64,000 nt of DNA from Promethearchaeota archaeon (GCA_019058445.1 JAHPZA010000010.1:448001-512000), one strand, 5' to 3'. Numbered from the stretch's first letter, positions 50,977 through 60,854 are shown. The notes: generated from the letters alone by a model not told the origin. Made by a program: numbers and translations.

Positions 50977-52155
50977 ATCGCGGTTAAAAAACAGAATCTT
51001 ATCATCTTATTAATTTTTTTTGGTATCGGTGTATTTCACGGTGTATTAATTTCAAATTCATTAAATAATTTTTTTTCTTGGTTATTGGTTGGATGTTGGA
51101 TTCTCTTTACAATTAAATTTTTTGAAAAAAGAAAAGAATATAATGAATATAATTCACAAAAAAATACATCATTCTTTCTCTTAGGTCCTTTAAGTGTGGG
51201 CCTATTTTATAACTTATGGGGTTATTTTACAGGATTATGGGGTGAAAATCTTTTCGAAAATACATTACCATTTTTATATATAAGCCTCTGGACTCTTATA
51301 TTTGCTTTTCCATACTTAATATACGGTTTATATACAATTCGAGCATGTTATACAAAATTTCATGTAGTATATCTCATAAAAACTAGATCTCTAAGTGCCC
51401 GCAAATTCGGAACATTTTATACGCTTTTACTTCTATTTGGAATTTTATTTTATATTGTATTTTTCAATATTATTCTGAATTATTTTTATATCATTGTAGA
51501 GCAAGTTTATTTCTATTTTGATATAATGCTCGTGGTAATATTTTTAACCTTAATTTATATATTCATAAGACACGGAATCTTTGGTTCAGCACGCTCTATG
51601 CCTGAGATTTCTCAAGATTATATAAACCGCCGAAGACAGCGCTTAAGAACAATGACCACTACTCCAGTTAGGGCTGCTCCAAGTAGACCTAAAACTACAA
51701 GAACCACATCACGACCAGCTCCAAGTAGACCTAAAACTACAAGAACCACATCACGACCAGCTTCAAATAGACCTAAAACTACAAAGACCGTTTCACGACC
51801 AGCTCCAAGTAAGCCAAAAACTACAAGAACAACAGCTCAAAAACCAAAAGTCGCTGCAAGTGCTGTCTTTGAGAAATATAAACCAAAAGCAGGAATTCTT
51901 TCATTAGAGGACTTTAAGTGTATATTTTGCTTTCAACTTCCTAAACTTCCTGCTGATACTCATCGTGGAATTGTTTTATGTCCAAATTGTAAACACCCAG
52001 CTCATGCGGATGAATTTAAAGAATGGACTCATGATTCTCCTCTCTGTTCTCGGTGTGATGCCCCAATTCCACCAAGTTTTAGGAGAAATCCCGTGATTAT
52101 CTCTGTCAAACAGTATGTTGATGTAATTAACGAGTATAAAAGAAGAAAGACATAG
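50977..52155 (+). CDS. Polytopic membrane protein with repeat linker and C-terminal RING-like domain (probable ATC start)
   Basis: About 6 TM segments; C-x2-C-x16-C-x2-C-x4-H-x2-E-x3-W-x6-C-x2-C; GGTGAG RBS at 50965. Confidence 0.75.
   Translation: MAVKKQNLIILLIFFGIGVFHGVLISNSLNNFFSWLLVGCWILFTIKFFEKRKEYNEYNSQKNTSFFLLGPLSVGLFYNLWGYFTGLWGENLFENTLPFLYISLWTLIFAFPYLIYGLYTIRACYTKFHVVYLIKTRSLSARKFGTFYTLLLLFGILFYIVFFNIILNYFYIIVEQVYFYFDIMLVVIFLTLIYIFIRHGIFGSARSMPEISQDYINRRRQRLRTMTTTPVRAAPSRPKTTRTTSRPAPSRPKTTRTTSRPASNRPKTTKTVSRPAPSKPKTTRTTAQKPKVAASAVFEKYKPKAGILSLEDFKCIFCFQLPKLPADTHRGIVLCPNCKHPAHADEFKEWTHDSPLCSRCDAPIPPSFRRNPVIISVKQYVDVINEYKRRKT
51676..51832 (+). repeat. 42-bp coding tandem repeat (APSRPKTTRTTSRP), ~3.7 copies
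   Basis: gctccaagtagacctaaaactacaagaaccacatcacgacca repeated. Confidence 0.9.
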
Positions 52156-52185
52156 TATAACAGTATTTTTTTTTATGTTTTATAA

Positions 52186-52911
52186 TCATTTAAGTCTTAA
52201 TTTATTTAGATTTTTACGGGCTTTCGAATTATTTGGGTCAATTCTTAAGGCTTTTTTATAACAATTGATTGCTTCTTCTAAAAAATTTAATTTTTCCAGT
52301 GCATATCCTTTATTATTCCAAGCCATGGAATTCTCTGGTTCTATTTTTATAGTATTTTCAAAGCATTTCACGGTTTGTTCATATTGACTTAAATCTGCAT
52401 GTAATAGTCCTTTTTCAAATAGAGCATGTGAATTGTCAGGATTAATTTTTAAAGCTTCATTGTAAAAAAAAATCATCGTTTTCTGCCAGTCAGAATCTTC
52501 ATTTGTGCAATCCCACATCAGAACTTCAGCTGGATGTTTATCTTTCCACCATTCAACATAATGCTTACAAGAACAAAATAATTTGATTTCCTTAGCATCT
52601 TTTATCTCTATACCATTTTCAAAGTCAGTATCACAAATAAAGCAAGTTCCATCTGTACCTACTAGAGGCATGATATTATTATGCCAAGGTAACCGATAAT
52701 CCCCTTCAGAATAAATTCCATAAATGTACATAGGTCCTTGAGCGATTCTACACCTTGTGTACCAATTGGCGCAATAAGTATATCCAGAATTTATAATATG
52801 TACGTTTCTTATGGGGCAATAATTTTCAATCCAGGGTTCTTTACGTTCATCTTTATCTAATTTTCGTTTAAAAATGCAGGTTGCACAGCAATCTGAACCA
52901 CCATTTGGCAT
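52186..52911 (-). CDS. Cys-rich N-terminal domain plus TPR repeats
   Basis: MPNGGSDCCATC…; AWNNKGYAL…AINCYKKALRIDP. Confidence 0.8.
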   Translation of the reverse strand: MPNGGSDCCATCIFKRKLDKDERKEPWIENYCPIRNVHIINSGYTYCANWYTRCRIAQGPMYIYGIYSEGDYRLPWHNNIMPLVGTDGTCFICDTDFENGIEIKDAKEIKLFCSCKHYVEWWKDKHPAEVLMWDCTNEDSDWQKTMIFFYNEALKINPDNSHALFEKGLLHADLSQYEQTVKCFENTIKIEPENSMAWNNKGYALEKLNFLEEAINCYKKALRIDPNNSKARKNLNKLRLK

Positions 52912-52956
52912 TGAATTAACCTTCTTGTACTGCAATTTTAAATTTGAAGTATTAAA

Positions 52957-53616
52957 TCATATTTGAGGAGGGAAAATAATAATATTCACAGCTAAAAATA
53001 TACCAAAACCAATCATAAATAATCCGCAGCCAATTAAGACATATTTATAGATATTTGGATTTAATGACTTCCCACCAAGATATACAAATATTGAAAGAGG
53101 AACATAAAATATAAAATCGCCTAATATATGGCCAAAATAAAACAGTAGCAAACCTATTGGATTTTCAAAGCTAATTCCAAAATTAATCATGAAACTTAAA
53201 CCGATAACAGCCCACCAAAAAGTCCAAAAAGGATTAGAAAGGCTTACGACAATACCCCCGATGAAGCTATTTCCCTTAAAACCTTTAATATCTGCTTCTT
53301 CAATTGATTGAAAATCAAACTTAAGCGGATTATTAATGGTATCTCTAATCACAAAACCTCCAAAGATAACTAACAATATACCTCCTACAACACCAATAAT
53401 TGTTAAAATTAAAAGGTCTCTTAAAAATAAAGAAGCACCTAATAACAATAGACATATCATTCCAAATTCTAAGGTAGCATGGCCCAAAATAATAAAAATT
53501 CCGGATAAATATCCTCTTTTTTGAACGGACTTGTAAATAGTAAATGTTAAAACTGGTCCAGGAGATAATGCTCCCGTTAATGCTATCAGAAAGGAAAAAA
53601 TAAAAATTTCAATCAT
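52957..53616 (-). CDS. LysE-family translocator
   Basis: ALSPGP, GHATLE, LSNPFWTFWW. Confidence 0.85.
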   Translation of the reverse strand: MIEIFIFSFLIALTGALSPGPVLTFTIYKSVQKRGYLSGIFIILGHATLEFGMICLLLLGASLFLRDLLILTIIGVVGGILLVIFGGFVIRDTINNPLKFDFQSIEEADIKGFKGNSFIGGIVVSLSNPFWTFWWAVIGLSFMINFGISFENPIGLLLFYFGHILGDFIFYVPLSIFVYLGGKSLNPNIYKYVLIGCGLFMIGFGIFLAVNIIIFPPQI

Positions 53617-53768
53617 ATTAAAAAAGAGAGTTTTTATGCAAATAAATCTGAAATTTGATAAAAACTTTATATGTATAAATTCAAAATAAAAACAAATATA
53701 AGGTAAAATTAAGGTTAATTTCTTATAAGTCGGTTTAAGAAAATAATTAGACTATTATTTATAAAAAA

Positions 53769-54659
53769 ATGTCCGAAGAATCTCTTGATAATGATGATAA
53801 TTCCAAGTCGGAATTCGTATCGAGACTATACAATTGTCCGAAGTGCAGATTGATGCATACAGTAAAGCTCCCTAAAGATATCGCCCAAAATAAACCTGTT
53901 TTTCCTTTTCCATACGTATTTTTACATTCTTCTGAGGAAGGACTTGATGATATCCTTACTGTTCTTTATATTGATGTAGAACTTCATATACGTGCTGTTG
54001 AAGTTATGGAAGTTGACGAAACCAATATTTTTTCTGAAGATCTTACTAAACAAATTACTGAAAAGTTAATGGATAAGATTGTGAGCTTAGAAGAAGAAAA
54101 TTTACAGTTAAAAGACCTAATTCGCAAAATGGAGTTAGTTAAAGTAAGTGGATTAGAGGGAAAGAATCCAAGAGTTATGAGCATTCCGAAATTGGAATAT
54201 GAATCTGAGATAAAGGAAAAACCAATCACTTTGGAGCCTCAAATTCCAAAACTAAAGGAGATAAATGAAAAAAAGCCATTATTTGATTTACAGGAAATAC
54301 CCATGCCTGAGATTGAGTCTAAAGAACCCATGCCTGAGATTGAGTCTAAAGAACCCATACCCGAGATTAGATCTAAACAACCCATCCTAGAGTCTGAAGA
54401 CTTTTTCGATATAATTAAAGTGTATATTACATCTACGGTTGGACCAGGAGAAAAAAAACAGGATTTACGGGTAAAATTAAGTAATAAAGTCATTGATATT
54501 AAAGATACAATCGGAAAGATCTTTGGTTTAACACCCTCAAATTTCCATCTTTCCTCGGGAGGAATTACATTTGATGAACAGCTGCTCCTAAAGGATTATT
54601 ATATTGAAGAAGGAGACGAAATTCTTATTATTCCTTCAAGCACAGCAGGATTTTTTTAA
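53769..54659 (+). CDS. Zinc-ribbon domain, coiled coil, repeat linker and C-terminal ubiquitin-like domain ending AG-FF
   Basis: CPKC…H; C-terminal domain paralogous to the Ubl at 47798 (TSTVGPGEKKQ, FHLSSGG, GDEILIIPSSTAGFF). Confidence 0.85.
   Translation: MSEESLDNDDNSKSEFVSRLYNCPKCRLMHTVKLPKDIAQNKPVFPFPYVFLHSSEEGLDDILTVLYIDVELHIRAVEVMEVDETNIFSEDLTKQITEKLMDKIVSLEEENLQLKDLIRKMELVKVSGLEGKNPRVMSIPKLEYESEIKEKPITLEPQIPKLKEINEKKPLFDLQEIPMPEIESKEPMPEIESKEPIPEIRSKQPILESEDFFDIIKVYITSTVGPGEKKQDLRVKLSNKVIDIKDTIGKIFGLTPSNFHLSSGGITFDEQLLLKDYYIEEGDEILIIPSSTAGFF
54300..54380 (+). repeat. 27-bp coding tandem repeat (PMPEIESKE), 3 copies
   Basis: cccatgcctgagattgagtctaaagaa twice plus one degenerate copy. 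Confidence 0.9.
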
Positions 54660-54680
54660 TTGGAGATAGAATAATTCAAA

Positions 54681-55541
54681 TTAAGGCTTTTCATGTCCAA
54701 AAATTACTTTTATTTGAGGAAATATTTTAACAAGACTAATAAGTTGCTCTATGGATTTTTGTGCTGAATCAATACTATAACATCCTAACCCCGGACCGAC
54801 GCAATTCTTAAATCCCAATTCAAGATCACATGCATCTCCAGTAAGAAGAGTGATTTGTTCCTTACCATTAACTAAATAGCTTACATGCCCTTGTGTATGT
54901 CCTGAAGTCGAAATTGCCCATAAGGAACCATCACCAAAAATATCGACAGATGGACCTACAGGTTTTTTATCTTTAATTGAAGTAAAATCTATCTCATAAA
55001 TGGTTTCAATACCTTTAAAATGGTCTTGAAAAAATCTTTTCCCTGAACAATGATACGGCTCATCTTTACCAACGATTATTTGAAGATTTTTAGGAAGGTT
55101 TTGAACACCTGCAACGTGATCAATATGTAAATGAGAAAGAAAAACTCCTTTTATCTCAATATTTCTTAATAGAAGCTGTGTTGCTATATCTTGTCCTTTA
55201 TCTTGATAACTTTTAAGAGGCCATAGCAGTTCGCGGCGTTTACCTTGAATATTGCCATATACATCAAATTGAAATGAACGATCCAATCCCGTATCGATTA
55301 AAAAGTTCCCATGAACACTGTGTTGAATTAGATGGCAATAAACAGGTATAGTTAATTCCTCTTCTTCTATATGTTTGGCATTTGGATGAGAAAGATTTAT
55401 CATCAATTTATTTGAAAAAGTTAATCTTCCCGTTTCAATGGTTTCTATTCTAATATCACTTGGATTTGCAAATACATCCTCCCAATCATTCTGAGATTGA
55501 ACTGGTAATTTAAAAAATTCTCTAATTGGCTGATGCATCAT
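54681..55541 (-). CDS. Metallo-beta-lactamase-fold hydrolase, AHL-lactonase-like
   Basis: SHLHIDH, DIFGDGS, GHTQGH, GDA, FGHE. Confidence 0.85.
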   Translation of the reverse strand: MMHQPIREFFKLPVQSQNDWEDVFANPSDIRIETIETGRLTFSNKLMINLSHPNAKHIEEEELTIPVYCHLIQHSVHGNFLIDTGLDRSFQFDVYGNIQGKRRELLWPLKSYQDKGQDIATQLLLRNIEIKGVFLSHLHIDHVAGVQNLPKNLQIIVGKDEPYHCSGKRFFQDHFKGIETIYEIDFTSIKDKKPVGPSVDIFGDGSLWAISTSGHTQGHVSYLVNGKEQITLLTGDACDLELGFKNCVGPGLGCYSIDSAQKSIEQLISLVKIFPQIKVIFGHEKP

Positions 55542-55655
55542 TATAATTTTCTCCTCTTTATGATTCCAAATTAAAAAATAAAAATTTAAGATATTTTATA
55601 GGATTAATGTTGCGCTCTATATAAAATTAGAAATATTTTGCGGAATTAAAGGTAT

Positions 55656-56918
55656 TTATTCCCTAATTTGTCCATTCCCATAAATTATATATTTTGTTGA
55701 AGTGAGTTGATTAATACCCATCGGACCTCTTGCGTGTAATTTCTGAGTTGAGATCCCGATTTCAGCGCCTAAACCAAATACTCCACCATCAGTTAATCTT
55801 GTTGCAGCATTAACATACACCGCTGCAGCATCCACTTCATATAAAAACTTTCTCGCGTCATCATAATTTTCTGTTAATATTGATTCTGTATGTTTGGAGT
55901 CGAATTTAGTAATTATTCCTATTGCCTCATCAATATCTTTTACTACCCTAATACATACTTTTAAAGATAAGTATTCAGCACTCCAATCTTCTTCAGTAGC
56001 GGGAATTACATTAGAAGCTAATTTTTGGGAAGTTTCACATCCCCTCACCTCAACGCCATTCTCTACCAACGCATTAACTATAAATGGTACGAATTTTTCC
56101 TTTTTTTTCTCATGAACTAAAATCTTATCTAACGCATTACAAACAGCTGGATAGGAACATTTAGAGTTAATAATTATCTTTTTGGCCATTTCAAAATCAG
56201 CGTCATGGTTTACGAAAATGCTTACGATTCCTATGCCCGTTTCTATAGTAGGGACTGTTGAATTTTGAATCACTCGCTGAATTAACGCTTCTCCTCCTCT
56301 TGGGATAATAACATCAATATAATCTTTAAGTTTTAACATTGCATCAACATATTCTCGACTAGTGTCTCTTATGATTTGGATGCAATTTTCTGGAAGCCCC
56401 TCGGAAACAGCCGCATCATGTATAATATCAGCTATTACTATGTTAGAATTAATTGCTTCACTTCCTCCTCTTAAAATAATGGCGTTTCCAGCTTTTAAGC
56501 ATAAGCCAGCTGCGTCGACAGTAACATTTGGTCTGGATTCGTATATAATTCCAATTACCCCTAGAGGTACTCTGATTTGGCCGATATCCATTCCGTTTGG
56601 TCTACGCCACATCGAAATAACTTCATTTATCGGATCTGGAAATGCAGCAATTTCCCTTAATCCATCGGCAATTTTATGGATTTTCTCAGAATTTAGCACT
56701 AAACGATCTACTTTTGCCTGTTCTAAATTGTTTTTCTTAGCATTTTCAAGATCGATTTTATTCCTTTCAATAATTTTTTCGACTTGTCTTTCTAATTCCT
56801 CAGCCATTTTTAGTAATGCTTTATTCTTTGAATCAGTGGAGGCGTTTTTCAGAATAAAAGCTGCATCTCTCGCTTTTTCTCCAAGTATCCGCATTTCTTC
56901 TTTTATCGTCATATTCAT
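55656..56918 (-). CDS. proA: Gamma-glutamyl phosphate reductase
   Basis: IYESRPNVT, PAVCNA, GAEIGISTQKLHARGP. Confidence 0.96.
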   Translation of the reverse strand: MNMTIKEEMRILGEKARDAAFILKNASTDSKNKALLKMAEELERQVEKIIERNKIDLENAKKNNLEQAKVDRLVLNSEKIHKIADGLREIAAFPDPINEVISMWRRPNGMDIGQIRVPLGVIGIIYESRPNVTVDAAGLCLKAGNAIILRGGSEAINSNIVIADIIHDAAVSEGLPENCIQIIRDTSREYVDAMLKLKDYIDVIIPRGGEALIQRVIQNSTVPTIETGIGIVSIFVNHDADFEMAKKIIINSKCSYPAVCNALDKILVHEKKKEKFVPFIVNALVENGVEVRGCETSQKLASNVIPATEEDWSAEYLSLKVCIRVVKDIDEAIGIITKFDSKHTESILTENYDDARKFLYEVDAAAVYVNAATRLTDGGVFGLGAEIGISTQKLHARGPMGINQLTSTKYIIYGNGQIRE

Positions 56919-57150
56919 AATCTACTCATCGTAGAAGTTAGAGACTTAATATCTCGTATCTATAATCTTCTAAATAATTTTGCCTTAAATTAGTTTTAGT
57001 TTTTTAAATTTAAAACAGTGTTTTTAAAATAGTATGGATGCCTAAAGTTCTTTGTCGGAATAGGAACCGAATAGATGGTTGTAACCTGTAAATATTAAAA
57101 AAATAAACCCTAAGACTGTCTACCTTACCAATCGTCTTGATACGTCGTGA

Positions 57151-57885
57151 TTATAACTTTAGTTTAAACTCTTCTAAGTTATCTGGAGGCCATGCCTGAG
57201 GTGTTTTGTAATTTTTTACGTATCTGTGATCACAGATAGGAGCTCCATTCCCTAAAGTTTGTGTACGAGTAAAACCAAATCCTAAAACATTTGCTTCAGA
57301 AAAGTCTGATAAACATACAAAGGGAACGTATTTTTCTGCACTTAATCTTTTATAAACATTATGAATGCCACACTGTTGAAAATCAAACCCCCACTCGAAA
57401 GATTTACCATCTCCTTCCACAAAATCCATAATCCAATCATCGGGATAGTTACTCTTCTGCGATTTTTCGCTCATGCTTTTCACCACACCAATATATTCTT
57501 GTTCAAATGGATAATTACTCGGATCTTTGCCAATTTTTTCTAAATTCCTTGTTCTTATTTTATTGCGCTCATCACTAAACTCATAATGTAATTGCCCGAT
57601 CTCGCGAAGTGTGAATCCTTCTCTTTCTAAAATTCTGAAAATTGCTAGGTCAGACATAGCACCAATAAGGAGTATAGTCATGGGATTCTTTTGGCCTCCA
57701 ATGTAGGGAATTTCGGGAATTATCTTCTCAAATTCCGCTTTCATTTGATTGAGCATTCCATCGGTCTTCGCTTTATCAACTTTTTTCTTGAGTAAATTAC
57801 TCAGTATTGCTAATTGTTTTTCAAAATTTGTCATCAATTTTCTTTTTCTCTTAATATAATAATCCTTTATTAATTTTACAGACAT
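57151..57885 (-). CDS. L-2-amino-thiazoline-4-carboxylate hydrolase-family protein
   Basis: IPYIGG, CGI…C..D, RTQTLGNGAPICD. Confidence 0.75.
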   Translation of the reverse strand: MSVKLIKDYYIKRKRKLMTNFEKQLAILSNLLKKKVDKAKTDGMLNQMKAEFEKIIPEIPYIGGQKNPMTILLIGAMSDLAIFRILEREGFTLREIGQLHYEFSDERNKIRTRNLEKIGKDPSNYPFEQEYIGVVKSMSEKSQKSNYPDDWIMDFVEGDGKSFEWGFDFQQCGIHNVYKRLSAEKYVPFVCLSDFSEANVLGFGFTRTQTLGNGAPICDHRYVKNYKTPQAWPPDNLEEFKLKL

Positions 57886-57972
57886 AACTTATTTCACCTA
57901 TTTAAAATAGTACTAACAAGTATTTATAACTTATATATTAATGTTAACTAGGTAAAAAGGACGAATTTTAAT

Positions 57973-58782
57973 TTATTTTTGAGCAACAAAATATGTACCT
58001 AATTCTTCCCCGTTTAGCAATCTTTTTAATAGATTTTCATTATTAAAAGATGTAATAATAGCAGGGATACCAACTATGGTGGCTTTCTTAACTGCTTGAA
58101 TTTTAGATTGCATGCCACCGAATGTAATATCTCCATCGATATCCTCAACAATTTTCTCTAACTCGTCTGAAATTTTATCAATCTGTCGAATAATTTTACC
58201 ATCATCATGAATTTTAGGGTTTTTATCGAAAAGACCTTCCACATCTGTCAATATGATTAATAGATCTACATATAATAAAATTGAAACTAAAGCTGAAAGC
58301 GTATCATTATCTCCGTAGCTCAACTCTTCAATAGCAACTGAATCATTTTCATTAATTATAGGCACTATACCTTTTTCAAGTAATACTTCTAATGTATTTC
58401 TCACGTTGGATTTCCTTGTAGAATCACGAGTATCATCCGCAGATAATAATATTTGTCCTATCTGTAATCCATGTTTATTGAATTCTTGTTGGTATAAACT
58501 CATCAAATGTATTTGGCCTACAGATGCTAAAGCTTGGAGTTTTTTATACTCTTTCGGTCGGGATTTAAGCCCTAGTTTTGCGAGTCCACAGCCTATTGCC
58601 CCACTGCTAACAATTATTACTGAATATCCATCGTGAATTAATTCAGCAACGTCTTTTACAAAAATCCGCACTTTATCTAAGTAAATCTCAGCAACGCCAT
58701 CTGTGATCATGTTTGTAGAAACTTTTATAACAATTTTTTTAATATTGGAAGGAAATGTTCTCATGAAAGGCGACCTATCCAT
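57973..58782 (-). CDS. proB: Glutamate 5-kinase (no PUA domain)
   Basis: VSSGAI, PIINENDS, GDNDTLSA, GGMQSK. Confidence 0.94.
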   Translation of the reverse strand: MDRSPFMRTFPSNIKKIVIKVSTNMITDGVAEIYLDKVRIFVKDVAELIHDGYSVIIVSSGAIGCGLAKLGLKSRPKEYKKLQALASVGQIHLMSLYQQEFNKHGLQIGQILLSADDTRDSTRKSNVRNTLEVLLEKGIVPIINENDSVAIEELSYGDNDTLSALVSILLYVDLLIILTDVEGLFDKNPKIHDDGKIIRQIDKISDELEKIVEDIDGDITFGGMQSKIQAVKKATIVGIPAIITSFNNENLLKRLLNGEELGTYFVAQK

Positions 58783-58883
58783 ATAGTACAGAGAATATAA
58801 TTGAAATAAAATTCAATAAAATTTAGCTTTTTGTAAATGAATATATTTCCTATTATACATAAAAAATGAAAAAAATAATCTAA

Positions 58884-59351
58884 TTATGTAGGTACTAAAT
58901 TTAAGAACTGGGTTATAACCCATATAACTAAGACTAATACGATAATAACAGGGACCATGACGATTAGGAACATATATGCCCCTTTTACTACACTGCGATT
59001 CCAAGTTTTAACTCCATCTTTCCAATCATTCCGTGTTTGATCTTGCCATTTTTCCACTTCCTTTTTAATTTGTGCTGTTTGTGCTTCCCATTGCTCTTGA
59101 TTTTCAATTTGCATTTTTTGTATGTCACCTGTCCATTTTTTAACTTGGTTATTCCAGTTTTCCCCAATTTTGCTAAAGAATTTATTTACATTATCTTGAC
59201 TCTTTTCCCAATCCTCAACACTCTTTTTTGATTGTTCTTCTAATGATTTTTGAAAGTTTTCAAATCCGCCCTTAATACCTGAAACAAAATCATTCCATCC
59301 TTTTAAGAAAGGATTGTCTTTTTCCTGTTCTGGATCATTTTCATTACTCAT
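58884..59351 (-). CDS. Trp-periodic amphipathic helical protein with C-terminal TM anchor
   Basis: Regularly spaced W/F in a polar helix, single hydrophobic tail. Confidence 0.65.
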   Translation of the reverse strand: MSNENDPEQEKDNPFLKGWNDFVSGIKGGFENFQKSLEEQSKKSVEDWEKSQDNVNKFFSKIGENWNNQVKKWTGDIQKMQIENQEQWEAQTAQIKKEVEKWQDQTRNDWKDGVKTWNRSVVKGAYMFLIVMVPVIIVLVLVIWVITQFLNLVPT

Positions 59352-59477
59352 AATTACAAATATGTTTTTTCTACTATTTTTATTTAACTAAATTTTAAAT
59401 TAGAGTAATAATAAAATACAAGAATGATAAAATACAAGAATAAATTTAATATTTATAAATAAATTAATGAGAATAAT

Positions 59478-60854
59478 ATGCAATTTAAAATTATACAGAA
59501 GACTCCATTATATAAGGCATTCTCTGAGTTAGGAAAAAGAATATTTCTACCAGATGGTATCTTTTATTGGTCGGGAAGGGCAAAAAAAGAGGCAGAATTA
59601 ATAGGTACTATAGGTTCGGCTTTTGGTTATGAAAAGGACTTTATTGATGGAGGTTCATCTGAATGGGTCCCTTGCTATTTAAAGGATATAAAAAGGTATA
59701 CTAACTTAAGCATTAAAGAAATTGTTCCTTACGCTTCAATTGCAGGTTTACCTGAAATTAGAGAAACATGGAAACAATGGATAATAAAAAAATCCGAATA
59801 TAATGAACGAACAGAGAGTGAGAAATTATCTCGACTTGAGAGATTTATGACAACTCCAAGTATTACAGCGGGGGTTACGAACGGGATTTTCCTTTGTTGC
59901 TCATTATTTCTAAATCCTGGGGAATATATTATCTGTCCAAATAAACGATGGGGAAATTACGATAATATCATCGTAAAAAATATCGGAGCTAAGATAAAAT
60001 CATTTGAGTTTTTCAAGGATGGTAAGTTTAATAATGAGAGTCTAAAGGATGCCATTGATGAAGTTTCAAATGTTCAAGATAAAATTATTATCCTTCTAAA
60101 TTTGCCAAATAATCCAACTGGATATATCCCAACTATAACTGAAGCAAATGAGTTTATAAATTTACTTAGAGAAAGTCAAACATTGGAAAAACCAATCGTT
60201 GTTTTAGTAGATGATGCATATGAACCATATATCTTTGGAGATGACGTGATAGATAAGTCGATCTTCTATAATTTACATCAATTAGATGAAAATATTATCC
60301 CAATCAAATTGGATGGTATAACTAAGGAACTTTTATTATATGGTGGTAGAATAGGTTTTGTTACAATAGGACTTAAACCAAGTTGGGTTTCTAATGATGA
60401 AGAATTAGAAATGTTAAAAAATGAGATAATTAATAAATTAGAAGGTATAAATCGTAGCAGTATTTCGAATTGTAATCATTTTTACCAAGCTATTACTCAA
60501 AAAATCTTTGAAGAAAACAGTATGGATGAAATTTTAGAGACACGTAATAAAGTAAAAACCTTACTTAAAAAGAGGTATGAAAGAATTAATGCTGAGCTTG
60601 CAAAAATTAATAATCCAAATATTTCGGTTGATCCAAATTCAGGCGGGTTTTTCCTGTTTGTAAATCTTAATCCACAAAAAATTAAAGCCTCAGAATTTGC
60701 TGATCATCTTTTAAAAAGATATAAAGTTGGAGTAATACCAATAGAGAAGCTTAATGATAATATAAACGGGATAAGAATTGCTTATTGTTCAATAGACATT
60801 GAGAAAATACCCGAATTTATAAAAAGAATTCAATTAGCACTTCAAGATTTTTAA
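59478..60854 (+). CDS. PLP-dependent aminotransferase class I/II
   Basis: PNNPTG, DDAY, DGITKE…GGRIG. Confidence 0.9.
   Translation: MQFKIIQKTPLYKAFSELGKRIFLPDGIFYWSGRAKKEAELIGTIGSAFGYEKDFIDGGSSEWVPCYLKDIKRYTNLSIKEIVPYASIAGLPEIRETWKQWIIKKSEYNERTESEKLSRLERFMTTPSITAGVTNGIFLCCSLFLNPGEYIICPNKRWGNYDNIIVKNIGAKIKSFEFFKDGKFNNESLKDAIDEVSNVQDKIIILLNLPNNPTGYIPTITEANEFINLLRESQTLEKPIVVLVDDAYEPYIFGDDVIDKSIFYNLHQLDENIIPIKLDGITKELLLYGGRIGFVTIGLKPSWVSNDEELEMLKNEIINKLEGINRSSISNCNHFYQAITQKIFEENSMDEILETRNKVKTLLKKRYERINAELAKINNPNISVDPNSGGFFLFVNLNPQKIKASEFADHLLKRYKVGVIPIEKLNDNINGIRIAYCSIDIEKIPEFIKRIQLALQDF

Noticed and set aside
51676-54380. Tandem repeats as CRISPR arrays
   Set aside because: No spacers; unit lengths are multiples of 3 and lie inside ORFs; no cas genes
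56362-56934. 190-aa plus-strand ORF and similar short antisense ORFs throughout the track
   Set aside because: Antisense to well-supported genes (here proA); no independent motifs
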